From contig CM102286.1 of NCBI GenBank assembly GCA_046563655.1, positions 7,006,001 through 7,070,000 of the forward strand: a DNA stretch of 64,000 nucleotides, written 5' to 3'. Position numbers and translations under genes: made by a program. Position 1 is the stretch's first letter. Each line of letters begins with the position of its first letter. Below, piece by piece: positions 13,101 through 27,004 of this stretch. The stretch is from Yuukianura sp. NJ FZ-2021. Its lineage: Eukaryota. The notes under the pieces are model-generated. The model worked only from the letters and a program-made list of their open reading frames with translations, did not search any database and was not told where the DNA came from.

Positions 13101-16100
13101 TGGATTCAGAGAACAATCAAAGTGTTATTCATCTTTAGAAGCACTTTTTACACATTTCAGCTTCCCAACATATCTTGTCTGTCAAATCCAATTCTTGTAA
13201 TTTAGAATATTACTAGAATACATCTTCAACTTGATCATATCTGGAGGCTGTTACGCTGCAAATTCCATGTCAATAGAAACTGAATCTTCTTTTAAACTAA
13301 TACATGCGAACATACTCCTCACTTGATACGTGTCGAACTACGCATGTTCAGAGAAGCTAGCCAGCGTTACTTAAGAAGTCAAGTCAGAAAGTCTCAGTCT
13401 GAAGCCAAGATTCTGAAATTCATCTTTGAGATTCTTCTTACTTGGTGATGTTAGGAAAGATGCGGAATACTAATAATAAGATTTATAATATATCAAATGA
13501 TACTATGATTATTATTTCCTCTCTGAATCACAAATGACGTTAGTGTCGGCAGTCCTCTGCAGCATTCGTAATAAATCCAAGTCTTCTGAAAATTCAACAC
13601 GCTTGTGCACAAGCGTTGGTGGTCACAGTTTAACTTTTCAGATCCGAAAATAATTCAAAAGTTCATCCATCTCCGTTTAAATTTATATTTGAACATTGCC
13701 AGCCCCCCAACATGCTAAACCTTGAGAGAACAATACTTGCATTTATTTTCAGAAATGACTTGGCAGGAGGGAAGAAAAATTTAAGTTGATTGTTTTACCT
13801 TTTGCTCAATTCTTTTTTCTGATTAGAAAAATAAAATAAAAACGAATGAATTTAGCTCCAAGCAAAAAATCCACCTTCCTCATTTATATCCTTTCAAAGA
13901 ACAATGGATTGGAAAATTTTGAAATTGCATGATAAACTTTTTACTGTCCCATTCACACTCTGTTTAACAGTTTGCAGCCCACCCATTTACTCCCTTGTCT
14001 CTTTTCTTACTTTTATTGTTGTCTGTGCAAATTTCAAAAGATCTCAAGGGCTAAAAAGTGTCTTAAAACTTAAGACTAAGGCTGTTCTGTAAATTGATTA
14101 AGCAATGCTGTGACGACTACAATTAGATTGATCATTGTGTTTAACTTTTTGGCTACATCATGGTTCCCCACGTGCCACTACTAACTGAAAGTGATGCCCA
14201 GATTGAACATTATGCAACATGTGCTATGTTGTAAGCAACGACTTCATTGAAAACAAAGAGCTTCATTTAGAAATTAAGAATCACAATGCTCATATTCCAG
14301 TCACACCTTGATGTGAGTGATGCAGGAAGAATTGAAGTTAATTGAAGGTGGGGATGAAGCGTCTGAACTAACAATGAGTAATGGATTTTTGAGTCCAGCG
14401 TTCCAGTCTGTTCTTCAAAATTTGAAGAAGTTTCTTCTGTTGTGCTCCAGGGGCCCACTGAATTTATGATCAGAAAAGGTCAGGCGTAGAGTTAAATTTT
14501 TTTTTGAAAAGCAAAGTAAAGAAAAGCTTTTTGAAGATGCTGGACAGAAGCGGGATGAAAAGAAAGGCTTGTCCGAGTCGATACATACGTTGTGTCCGAC
14601 ATGTGTCTAAGGAAAAAGCGTCGCTTGTACCAAGGAAAAAGCAAACTTAAATGGAGTGGAAAGTGGAGGATGCTTGTGCACAAGTATCTCTAATTTCCAG
14701 CTCATTGATCTCTGAAGAAGGATAATAGGCATGATGGAATCCGTAATCGCTTTACGCTCCCGTGTCCCCCTGGTCAGTCACCATACAACAAATAATACAG
14801 AAGTAACATGCACAACCTTCCTAAGTTAAGGTTTGCAAACAATGGTCAAAGACAAAGTCCAACTACCAGTTTCCAAATTACGCCACTTTCCTTCGTTAGC
14901 TTTTGTCTCTGAGGAAATTGGACCAATTTTCTTGTCCGCAAATTGACCAGGCGAAAGAGGCTTTAGCACACTCTCCATCATCATTTTTCTCCATTGTCAA
15001 TTTTCCTCTTTCACGGAAAAAAAAGTCAACAATTTCCTACTCACGTTTTCCTTAATTCCATCTTGTTCAAGATGAAAAGAAAGAAGAGTTTGCAAAAAAA
15101 AGTCTTATTCGAATGTGTGATGATGCGACGACGCCTGAAGCATTCAATCGCTTCTCCACTCTGGTCAATGCTCCCTTGTCCCCGTGAAGTCGTCAACATT
15201 TCAGCACAACATCAATCAAAAAATAGTGCTTCGAAGCTGAGCTTTTGAGCAAACTAGAGGCCAGGCAGGGGTAGACTGACCCAGTGACTCGGGACAGTGA
15301 CAAAGTGTACGTCTAGTAAGAGTTATTAATAATCTCGTAGGAATCGGCTAGAGGACAGTTAATGAATTGCACAATTGCCAAAAAAAAAATTAGCTAAATC
15401 ACAGAATCACAGCAGGTAAACTCATTTTCCATTTTGAAACGAAAGAGCAACACAAGAGCCACCGTCTGCTGATCAATCATGGCTTCCCATTCTTTCAGAA
15501 GTCCTCTCAACCAAAACCTAGTTAAATGAGGCAAGGAAATGTTGGCCAATTCTAATCATTCATCTTCTAGCATTGGAGCAGAATTGGGTCTCTGTGCTAA
15601 AAAAAAGTGAAATTGCAAAGTCTAACATATGAGAACAATTAGGTTGCATAGGAAATACTGCCTTTCAACAATTTGGCACTTCACTCCTTCTGGCCTTGCT
15701 TTCAAAAATGAGAAAGGAATGTCAGTCTAATCTAAAAAGAGAAGATGACATCCGAAAATTAATGTTTTGCAGACAAGAATCAGTGGTACTCAAAAGTTCA
15801 ATTAGGGCCGAAGTGATCATTGCCAAATTTCCTCTGAAGTAATCAATTGTTTCTAAAAGGAAGAAATTAGAAGCTCATCTCTCTCAAGATTCGTTTTAAG
15901 AGCTCTTGATAGCATGTCAAGGGCCGTTGCCTCCTCCACAAAGTACTTTGGATGCTTCGTAAAGCACTGAACCTGATCTGTAAAGAATTTTGTGGATGAA
16001 GTGTCTCCGGTTTCCTCAACACTTCCTCTCCGCGTTTTAGTTTTGTGTCTCCAGCAGAAGATAGTTTCTGTTGATGGGTTTTGTTTTTATTTGCTACAAA

Positions 16101-16406
16101 AAAGTTCCTGGAGGGTTACTACTTCCAAGTATTTTCTTTATTTTTTGAAGAAGCATATACTGGATATGCCTTCCGGAAAAACTTTTCTGTTGAGAGCCAC
16201 ACAGCACTTAACACAATCAATCATCATCACTTCTCCAAGATTTTGGAAATTCGTGTTCTTTCTCTTGTTGCTTTTACAAATTCAGTATCTATTCTGCTGG
16301 AAAATGCTTTTTATCACCCTTTCATCCATTAGCATTAAGAGCACTGCATTTAGTCAAGAATTACTTTTTGAAAGATTCTATGCTTAATGGGAAGACACTC
16401 ACTCAC

Positions 16407-16606
16407 CTTCTTGTGTGTGCCACGCAACAGAAAATCTAAAGTGACTTCGACGTCCATGATTCGTCCAGAAACGCAACCGAGTCCAGTCAAGTGTTAACAT
16501 TTACACTAAAGTCAAGTTGGTTCCTTGTCAAAACTGTAATTTTGTTGGACTAAAACCGTTAGTTATTTTCATGAATGCCGTAATTATGGCGCAGTCACTT
16601 TATATA
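16407..16606 (-). promoter_or_regulatory. TATA + Inr promoter and candidate first exon P2 (ATG 16500; MLTLDWTRLRFWTNHGRRSHFRFSVAWHTQE, phase-1 donor)
   Basis: Minus strand TATATAAA at 16606-16599; GCATTC with its A at 16576, exactly 30 nt downstream; strong donor aag|gtgagt at 16406. A second ATG at 16457 gives MDVEVTLDFLLRGTHKK (phase 0). Confidence 0.45.
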
Positions 16607-19145
16607 GTTGTCAATGTTTCTCGTTGTCGTGTTGCTGTAAAGGAGTCAAACCTTGGTCGTGCCCAGCGTGTCAAGTTCAGTCTGCCATTAAGTTGACAGG
16701 CAAGCAGTTGACAGCAGGTGACGTCCATTCTATTGATAGAATTGCTACACGCCTGCTTCACCTTGATGCAGTAATACAACGAAGTGTGTTGTATTTGTGT
16801 ACATAAAAATTTGTGTACAGAGGACGTATTCTACACATGACAAGTACCGGAACACGGAAGTATTTTGTGCTTTCTTATTTGTTTAAACAAAGATGTCAAT
16901 ATCCTTTGCACATCTTTGGTCATGACAGTATTGTTCTAAATCAATGAAGATGGAGAAAAATGACAGTAGTCACGATCCTCCTTCAACTTAAAATGGATTT
17001 TTAAGGACTTTGTCAAAACAAAGGCTGAGCAAAAGTCACAACATAATTTGCTCAACTAGTGTTAAAGTACCGCTAGTTGAAACGCCTCAGGCAAAATAAT
17101 TGACGTACGCTGCAATTTGCAAATGATTCTCCGGGAGTCCACCGAAGACTAACACTTTAGGAAATGATATTGCTAAATTTTGAGCAAAGTCATTAATACT
17201 CATAAGAAGAAAGATTGCCACTTGGGATTTAGCACAAATTCACTTCTGTGTCTCTTTTTCTAAACTTCTTAATATTCTACTTAGTCTGAAATGAAGATTA
17301 GTCTGTGATAAGAATACTTAGTAGGTTTGGAGGATGTGCAGAACACAAGGAGAAAAAAATCTCATCAAGTCGCTTGATTAATTGCTCTCATATTATTACT
17401 TGAGTCTTTTGCTTACATAAACCTCCCTCATAAAGAAAATCCCCCTTGCTCGTGCTCCGGCTACCAAATTCGTTAAAATTCTCAACCGATCCGAAAACAT
17501 TCGAAAAGGAATGGAGGAAGGGGGAGAATTTGAAACTTTGAAAACAGATCTCTAAACAATATTTTGTCACGCCCCAACAGAGATCAACCGAAGTGAAAGC
17601 ATAAACTTAAAAGGAGGGAGGGGAAAGTATAAGTTTTAGGTTGCGAAACATCTCCAAACATTGAATTTGATTCCAAACATCAAATGCCAAGCATGCAAAG
17701 AGTAATCTGTTCTTAAATACTCAAATTAAAACACGAAAGGAGGGGGAGAAAGTACTAAAGTGAGAAAGAAGGGAGAGATTTTGAACTTTTCAAAATCTCA
17801 CACAAATGAAACCAAAGTCCGAATTTGGAATCTGCACAGGCACTCTCGTCTTGTGCTTCCTCAAGGGCGCTTCAAATTCAAAATCTAGTCTTTGTGAATT
17901 TTGAAATGAATTTTAAGTAAATTGAAGTAACTGGCCGCGTGCCGATGTTGGTGATGATGGGGCATGATGGAGCTTTCCAAACTTTCCCCAGAGACTACGC
18001 TGGGATTCTAAAATTTAAATTAATAGGAGAATCCGATTTGGAGGGGAAAGACGAGACTAGAATCACTTTCTAAATTCTTCCTTAGCCAGAAATCCTTCTA
18101 AGACCCTCTTCCAGAACTTTCATGGGCCCAAATTATTCGTTTCAAGTAGACTTTCAAAATGGCAAAGTGTCAACTCAATTAGTCTGATCAAATACACATT
18201 TTCCATTTCATTAAGACGTTTTAGTCCACTCTAAAGCCATCTTGGCCTGTGATGGAGATTGTAATCAAAGTTTGGTTAATCCTTTGAAACACTTCTTGGT
18301 GCTCAACTGAAGAAAAACCACAACCTAATCTATTTTCTAAGGCAACAAACTTAGTTACAAATCCAGTGGAAACAAGATGAATTTATGGACTTCCAAAAGG
18401 AGAAAGGAGAAAGCCAGACTCATTCGTCTTTTATTACAAACATTTCCTTCCCTGCTCCTCGACTAACTTTTTAATGAACACTTCTGCCAATCCGCTTTTA
18501 AAACTTCTGTATTGAATTATTGCGTATAACTTTAAAAAAAGAAAGTTTAGAATTTCTTTTCGAAAAGTTTTTAAAAACATGTTACAAAGCCTGAAGCTAC
18601 TTGAGTTTGCATCAATTAGCCCATTCTAACCCTCCACGTCCCAACAGCATCTCCCTTCTGCTGCATAAGTCTTTTGATTTGTAATTTTCAAAACTTCAAA
18701 AGGACCAAAATTGAAAAAGGTCTCGTTTCATTATTACGCAATTTAATTGTGTGTGAGTAGCTGTTCCCCATTTAGATGAGATTTCTGAGCGAAGCAAGAG
18801 ATGCACAGAAGTTGATGCTTTGATCTTTTGGGTTCTGTTCTGATCTTCGAGATGTTCATCTTGAGAACATGAAAGTGCTTAATGCATATCTTGCGTCTGA
18901 GAAGACGATCTCTGTAGGGAATGGGATGTCAGACTGAGTCATGAACCCTACCTAGTGCTTTTGTAATACTGACGAACAGGTATAATACTTTTAGGTAATG
19001 CTAATCATAAAATGATACTCTGACTTGGCACTATCCAAGAAGGAATTGAAGGAAACCAGAAAGAAGAAAGAAAAAAAGTAAAAAGTAAAAACTGGTTCTT
19101 CCAGTTTTCTTTTTAGTCCAAAAGGTTACTCAGCTTCAACGGGTC

Positions 19146-19181
19146 ATTTTACAATTTTACATTTACAATTTTACAATTTAC
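19146..19181. repeat. Degenerate (ATTTTACA)n micro-tandem repeat
   Basis: attttacaattttacatttacaattttacaatttac read directly. Confidence 0.7.
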
Positions 19182-22100
19182 GGTCCAACATGTCCAACTC
19201 ATAGCATAGACTAAGGAATAGATGCAATCAAATCAACTGATAAAATTGATCGTAAACTGCTTTTTGGAAGAACATGAGTGTCACTCTGGAACAAAACAGA
19301 TTCACGCGCTTCATTTCAAATCAAGAAAAAGTCAAAAGACTTTTTTGGACAAGATTGTCGTAAAGTATAAACCGAAGCCAAAATTTCTCGCTTGACACTC
19401 CGCTTGTGATATTGGCTTGGTTTTTGGCGGATTAGGAGCCTTTTGCCTTAAGACTTATCAAATATTGTCTGTCTGGCTCAATAAATCTTGCGCGGGCGGT
19501 TTGAATTATTTAGAGTGTGTAAGGGATAAAGTCCATTAGGGACTAGGGACTTGGGGAAACAAACGAAGAAAGTATTTTGGACAACTTCCACTTCAATCTA
19601 CAAAATTGGCACACACGCTCACTTTCTCAACTTGGAAGAAAGTGAAGGAGTCGTCGAGGGATTATGAATGAAAACTTATTTCTTGTGTCTCCTTGCATAG
19701 ATACATATGCATTCGTCTTTTGCCAGTTTACTCAATTCTTAAATAACCCCCGCCCCTGCAAAACAGCTTCATCCCCACCCACTCCAGAACTTTTTGGAGA
19801 CGAGACTAAAACAACAACCGGTTTGGAAAAAAGTAACGTGAAATGCAAATAGTCAAGTTTTGGTGCGTACGAAACCCGTATTTTGCGCATACATCGAGCA
19901 CAAATAAAATTGATGGTCATTGCCATCAAGTTCCTGCAGGGCAAGAAGTTTGAAGAAATTTTAATGTGCGTAAAGGAGTCAAGTTACTTGAACCCCGTGT
20001 TCACTACATAGTAAAGAAAACAATAGATGAAAATGCTAATCATTTTTTCAGTTTCCATCAATCTCTTTCTAATAAATGGACGCTGTACGTGTCCTACATT
20101 TCCCTTCACCGGTAATTAATCGTTCAGTTAATTTGCAGCAGCCGTAATCGTTTAAACGCTACTATTGCCTCATTCGGCTAACTCCCATATTTCAACATTT
20201 CATGCAACTTAATTGACTTTTTCATAAGCAGGAGGGCTTCTCGAGAATGAATGAGGAAACACTAACATCAACTCTCAACTTTCTCCTGGTTTTGAAAAGA
20301 AACTTTTTTTTTCGAAACTTTGTTTTCGAAAATGGAATTAGCAGGTTCATAGTAACGCAGGAAGGTCGAAAAAAATGTAAGGTTTAAGGTAGAAAATGCA
20401 GCGAAACGTAAGTAAATTATAGTGTGACTCAAAAAATTCGATGGAAAGGTGGTAACCAATTCAAGTTACTTTTTCCTTGAATCAACTTTTACTTTTTGAA
20501 ATACTAGAAGCGGGAAAGGCAGTGGATTTTCCATGCATCAACTCCCAAAAACTTTTCCATTAGGAAATATTTCCAGGGAGTCCGGATCAGAGTTCCTGGA
20601 ACACTACGGAAATCATCTTCTCCCGGTACTTTCTTCCTAGAAAAAACTTTTTCGGAAATGGACTCACTCTGCCGGTGTGTCTGTTGTCTGGGCTGCCAAA
20701 AACCACCAGGATAAAAGTCTCGGTGGACTTTTAACTTTTGTCACTGGCAGATCCTATCAAGTCAATGTCACCAACCACCCTGACAACAATGAGGGCGGAA
20801 GGAGTGGGATCATAAACATAAGATAAAATATACTTTTCCTATAAATCACTTTGGAAGACTTTTAATAAAAACATTCAGAAAAGCCCGCCTTCCCATTAGT
20901 TACACACCAAGGAATGCCCGGAACTTTCTCCCTCTCTCATGCTTTTACCGGACGGATTCATTTGGCTGATCAATATCGAATGGTCTCCCCCTTCCATGAC
21001 ATCTTCAATCCTCGTCCTAACTGCATCACTTTTATCTGCCCTTTTGTCATATCCAACTCAATATGACATTCCTCCCCTCTTCCTTCATGTCCCGTTCAAT
21101 CGCTATCCATCCCTGCCAAACATTCCCCGAAAAAAATTTCAACCCTCTTGTGAAAAAAAAAATGAAAAGCAAACTTTTCCTAACTTTCTTTTTCAAATTT
21201 ACCACGAAAACCTACCCTCTGGAACCGTTTTTTAATGGAAAATGGCCTTGTTCGTATAATTAGAACATTAGCCTCAATTAATTCTCAACCTCCGGAAAAT
21301 TGGTATGAAACGCAATTTAGCAGGAGAACTGCCGTAATAGCCCAAGAGCTCAGCTGGGACTACTTTGGGACAAAATTGACAAATTTCATGCTTTTGTTCC
21401 CTCTCTGTGACCCCTTGGCAGTATTGTGCCTAACAATTTGTTAACATTACAAACCATGTTTCCACAGCTTTAAGGCTGTATTTTTATTAAAGTTATTATT
21501 ACAGTGGGTCACTATGCTCAGGGTACATCGTAAAATATATTCAAATCGGAGCCATCGTTAGTCTTTTGTTTAACTTTGAACATAAAAGCCAAGTTTTATT
21601 AATCGAAAATTAAACTTTTCAGAAAGTTTAGCAATAGAAATGAAACTGTCAGCAGAAACACTACGCAACATAATAAAACAGGGTGTAGCAAGCGTCTGTC
21701 CGTAGAACCCAGTTGACAGTTTTCCACCCTAAGTTGTCCGCTTGACATTTTCTGAAATTTTCAGAGGACATTGAGACATAAAAGTCGTTCGGACCAAAAC
21801 CAAACAGTCAGCAAGTACCATATTCGTATTGTGGAAAAGTGATCATTGCCATATTCGCATCACTGAACATCAATTGTTATCTGTTAGTGCCGTTGGACCT
21901 TTGGCAGTCACTCAAATCAACTAACGAGACACAAGGGGTAGATGGGGTGGACAGGAAAATGCCCGCGAAACTCCCTCACGATTTCACTGGGCACGACAAC
22001 GACATTTGCAAAGTAGTTATTACTCAGAAAATGAAGAAAAGACTAAAAGGCAAGTGACGAAAACGATGTGTCAATGGCCTAAGTATTTCCCCATTGTTTT

Positions 22101-23998
22101 AAAAGTTTGCCAAAATCAGATTACAATAAGAGGAATACGGCGAACTATGCGTCATGTAACGAAATAACAACCTTTTGATCACTCATAATCCTTGCGAATT
22201 CACCTCGCAAAAATTTTGTACAAAAAGTTGGAAGCTCAATTTAATTAAACTTGTGCTGAGATAAGGGCAGTGCACCTACAATCTATTCATTTGTGAAGTG
22301 GTTTCACAATTGCAAAAAGAGGAGGGCTGAAGAGATGAAGCTTCATCATCGTTTTCGCATCTCGCTGACCTTGTTCTCAGCCCAGCCACAAATGCGAATT
22401 TCGTGTTGAAGGGAAGTTCTAACCATTTTCAGAGGAATAGTCATCCAAATGGAATTTTAATAATATTGAAAACTTATAGTCAGAAAAATAAAAATCTACC
22501 TTAATTCCCATCAAAACCCCAAGAAAGATTACCTTCCAAGAAATTTAAGACAAAGATTTAAGCTCTGTCTGCTAAGCCTCTCTTACCACTTTTTACGCTT
22601 AACAGTTTGGCACTCGTAATTTATTCCCAAAATTTCCAAACCCGTTTTCTAATACCTCTTCAATTTTTGCAATAATTTGTGAGGCCCTCCCACGACACTC
22701 CTGGAACTTTTTTTTTGGTTAAGGCTAAAGTCCTCCTCGGAGAGGTTCGAATTCTCTGAGATCCAATCACGTCTCCAGTTTTTGTCAATTTAATCCTCTT
22801 TGCTTTGTAAACTATAAGTGAAAATCCGAACAGAATTTCCCAAAGGGGTTTAAAGTCGACAATTGAATCACCATCAACAGAAGATGCACATCACCCTACC
22901 CTCTCTTCCTACTTTTGCTGTCAAACCCATGTAAATTCATTATAAAGGCTCATGAGCAGACTTCGAGCAACACTTAATCCCGGATTGGCCAAATCCCCAA
23001 ACTGGAATTTGTCGTCTTAAAGTAAATTCTTTAAATTTAAAAAAATCCTGTGTTGAATTTTTTTAAGTTTTGGAATCTCCAAAAATCTCCGTTTGATATT
23101 ATAACGCTGTTACCTAACCAAGTGAAGATAGGCGTAAAGAGGCATTGAAACGGAAGATTACAACCTCCCAAGGAGCATTTAAGCACATTTGAAAATCTAG
23201 TGCACTTTTGTAAACCAGCCAAGCAACACCATTTTTTCTTAACAATGAGATCAAATCTGTTGGAGCTTCTCAAAACCCTCCTTGAGGACTTACAAGAACT
23301 CCACGAATCGTCATCTTTTAGTACAGGAAGATGAATCTTCCCGCATAAATTGAGAATTTGCAAGTGGGTGGTTCCTCGAGTAGGGCGAAAAGAGCCGTGA
23401 AGTCAATTTGCCCTCCTGACGAGGTTCGTGAGTTTTGGCATAATAAGACATTCAGGTCTTATCCGTCATCTTCCTCATCATCAGACCGTAGGAAACTGCT
23501 AAACGTTGGGCCTAGCCTAACGTTAAACCATACAATTCTAATCTGCGCAAAATCAAAACTTTTGCCTCTCTGTGATTTCTCAGGAGAGAACAAATCCACT
23601 TTGCTAGAGATTTCCCAGATAAATTATTACTAAAGTTGTCATGTCTGTGTCAACGTTCAAATTGTAAAAGCAAATACACCCACAACCTGCAAAGATTTCT
23701 ATCATAATTACTACCTTGACCCTACGGACACGATAGTCCCCGAGGATGTGAGGGAAATTGTTCTCTGTTTTTTTCTGTCCAATTGGAAGTAATTGGTGGT
23801 TCAATGGGCACAAAACGACCGCGAATCCCAGTACTTTGTAGTTTGCCATTTACAATTTTTACGGTTATGACTCTTTCGGCGTCTTTGGGTGAGAAGAAAA
23901 TGTTAGGTTAGGTAGGTTTGTGTGCCGAATTTGCAATTCTAGTTTCATTTTAATGGTATTTTGACTACACAAACAAAGTTACTTCCTTTTTGCCTCAC

Positions 23999-24044
23999 CT
24001 GCCCTTATAAGTTTCCATGTCCCAAATTCCCTTGGACTTGGAGT
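23999..24044 (-). other. Candidate 46-nt internal coding exon (phase 1 in, phase 2 out; DSKSKGIWDMETYKG[R/S])
   Basis: Long pyrimidine tract tttcaatttctttttctcctttgtacgaacag| and donor cag|gtgagg, with an open frame between them. Confidence 0.4.
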
Positions 24045-26992
24045 CTGTTCGTACAAAGGAGAAAAAGAAATTGAAACCTGAACTGTTGACAGGGCAAATA
24101 TACGTCCATAGAAGTTGAAATCAAATAAAAAGCTTGAGTTTCAGAGAGAGGCCCTTCGTATGACGCCCTGGCATTACTCATCAAGGGACATGAAAAGACC
24201 AAAGAAAAGGCTTTCGTTTCAAGTCATTGAAAAATAATGTACTCGGATGTCACAAAAGATTTCAGGCAAAGATTACTCTGTTGGGTTTGAAACTAGAGAA
24301 AAGACGGGATCAAGTCAACTATAAATAAATCCAAAAAACTTAGAAGATCTCTAGAGAGAGTGGTGCTGGTGCTTGAAATTTTTAAGCTTTTCTAAAATTA
24401 CTTGAGTGAGTGGGGGGAAAGGTGAGTGGAAGACTTTGAAAACGGATATGCTTTTTGAAAAAGAAAAAGTTAAAATTTACCCTCTCCAAAAGTAGAGACA
24501 AAAGAGACTTTAAAGTTCATCAAGGGAGAGAGACTGTCATGATGGAAGTGGAGGAGGGAGGGAAATTCAAATCTGAGTAAACACTCTCCCTCCATCCAAA
24601 GAGGTTTTATATTTAATTACGCCCCAAATGAATCAAAAAGTCACACTCTCCTAAAAGAGATGAAGAAAAACCGAAAAAAGAAACTCCAAATTTTAATTTC
24701 AGTTCTCACTTCTACGCACTCCCTTTCCTTTGGTTCATTTAGAAGGAAAGACGAGATCACTCCGAGTCTTGGTGTCCTTTGACCGGAGAGATCATAATTT
24801 TAAAAGACAGTTTTTGGAAGAAGGGATCAAAGAGAGAGTAAAAAGTTCAAAAAATGGGGATGGGAGCAGAAGGCTTTCATTTCGAACTAGCCAAAAGCAT
24901 TTGGTACTCCGTTCTTAAAAAAAAGCATCTCTCTCCTTTCACTTCAGAACTTTCAGTTTCAATTCAACTGATCCTCCAACAACCCTCTCCTCTTTCTGAT
25001 CTTTACCTTTTCACTTATCCCTCTCTAGGATATCCAGAAGATCCAAGTCACAAAATATCATTGAAGATCATCCCCTTCTTCCCTAACCTAACATAACCAA
25101 AGTGTCTCCTCTGGACCAAACTCTAACATTGTTAATGTATCACTCCGGAAAATAAATTTCCCTCGTTTCCCAATCCCCTCATCCGAACAATTCAGATGGA
25201 AAGCTTTCCATTTCCGCCACTCTCGGTCTCCATTTTTAATGACCAGCGACATTCAGGAGGTCAACATCGGCACGAAGTCACGACTAGACAATAAGGGTCA
25301 CATTCCCTGCTTTTTCTGACTTATGCTAACCTAACCTAAGCCTCCCTACACTTAAATATCCAATGACTTTGAACTTAGGCTAGGCTGGCATAAACTGGCA
25401 ACACATGAGCGACATGGGTGAGGGTAGACAACAATGCTCACTTGTAAATTCATGTTCCAAAAATAAAAAACATAAAATCTCTAAAAAGTAATCATAATTT
25501 CCATTTTCCAATGCAGTGTCATAAACTTGAAGAAGACGAATATGCCAGTGAGAGCAACAAGAAAACAGAGTACCTTGCGGTCTGAATTCATTTTATGAAT
25601 TACGACGACGTTGATCTTTTCAGAGCCTTTAGAAAATATTTGCAAAAAAAAGCCTAAGAAAATCCCACCCTAACAAAAACCGAACTGGAAAAATAACATG
25701 CCAAAATCTCTATTCCATTTCATTAGTTTGATTTCATATTGTTAAAGGGATCTCATAACAGCTCCATTTCCCAAGTGACCCATCCAATATGATTCAGAAT
25801 TGCAAATGCCCTCACCCCTACGTCCATACATATAAATTTCAAGAATTTTCCAGGACAATGGGCAACAGAAAGCACCCTCAGCTCTTTTCTGCTTTTAGTT
25901 TTCCATAGCATAACCTTCAACGTCTAAAACCTAAAGGCCTTGCACTACAATTCTTCTGCTTGGGAAGATGAGAATGGGCCAGAGATCACCATAAAATGGA
26001 ACAAGAGAAGCCAAGTGCTCCATAAAGACCTACAAGTCCCTCTGTCCATCCTTATTTTTTTGCATAAAGTATAATTTCTTGAGAGTTCCTTGATGGTGTC
26101 ATGACCACCAAAGTCATAAGAATAGCACATTAAAGTCTCCCTTAAATCCTGACACAGTGTCTCCCACCTTATCTGCTCCCATGCTAAGGCTCTTTGTGGG
26201 ACTTATTCAACAATGGGTACTTCTGATTTATGTGCTTTCCAACTGCTTTACGCGGGAAAATCAATTGGAGACTTTCTTAACTTATTCTCTACGGAGCCCT
26301 TATAAAGTCCTAATCTAACCAATATTTCAAGATGAAGGGCGACAAGAGTCAACCAAACACTTCATCCTACAAATAATTGCTTCCTTTTGTGTCACACTCA
26401 AACTTCAAAATGCATATCAAATTTCCAGATTAAGTGTGTCTTCGTGCAGTTTGGACATGGAGATATTTACTAGTAAGGAGAAAGAGAGAGATTGTGTATG
26501 GTGTCACAGATTCCAAACTTCAAACTTTTCCTCCAGCTTTCCCCGATGTCACTCTCAGCCTTTCCTTCTCCATTTTAATTCCATTTGCGAAAAGGAAAAG
26601 AGAAAGTATATACCTGATGCTGCTGCGTCGCCAATTCCATAACCCCGTCACAACTTCCCACGGGCTTTTCTCAAATCTAATTTTCCCGCCATACACATAT
26701 AGCATATACAGTGATTCTAGCAAAAGAGAAAGCCTTTCCAGCCGGATTCTAATCAAATGCAGATGATTTTAATGCAATCTTGGTGACAAAAGTGAACGTG
26801 TCACCAGCGGTCGGTTCCAGAGTGTGTGGTTTTTCCTTAGCTATTCTACACATCAGAGACTTTTTTCCGAGTACAAGAGACTCAAAGGACTGAATACATT
26901 AGGCATGGCCACATCATGACTTGGAGACTCAAAGGGAACATTTTGACTAAGGGAAATGTCAGACTAAAGGCATCAAAAGTCTTCCAACTCAC

Positions 26993-27004
26993 CTGAGACA
27001 GGGA
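26993..27004 (-). other. Candidate 12-nt microexon (TCCCTGTCTCAG; VPVS in phase 1) or recursive splice site
   Basis: Minus strand cttttttcttcccgtgctctttctag|tccctgtctcag|gtgagt: strong pyrimidine tract, TGC at -12..-10, consensus donor, length divisible by 3, no stop in any frame. Confidence 0.45.

Noticed and set aside
15992..16387. 131-aa + strand ORF
   Set aside because: Non-ATG start and F/L-rich composition typical of T-rich non-coding DNA.
22716..22757. tRNA-like fragment (tggttaaggc ... agagg-ttcgaat-tctct T-arm)
   Set aside because: No acceptor stem and too little room for an anticodon arm. At most a SINE/tRNA relic.
25945..26049. Signal-peptide-like MDRGTCRSLWSTWLLLFHFMVISG... on - strand
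   Set aside because: Stops after 34 codons with no credible splice donor.
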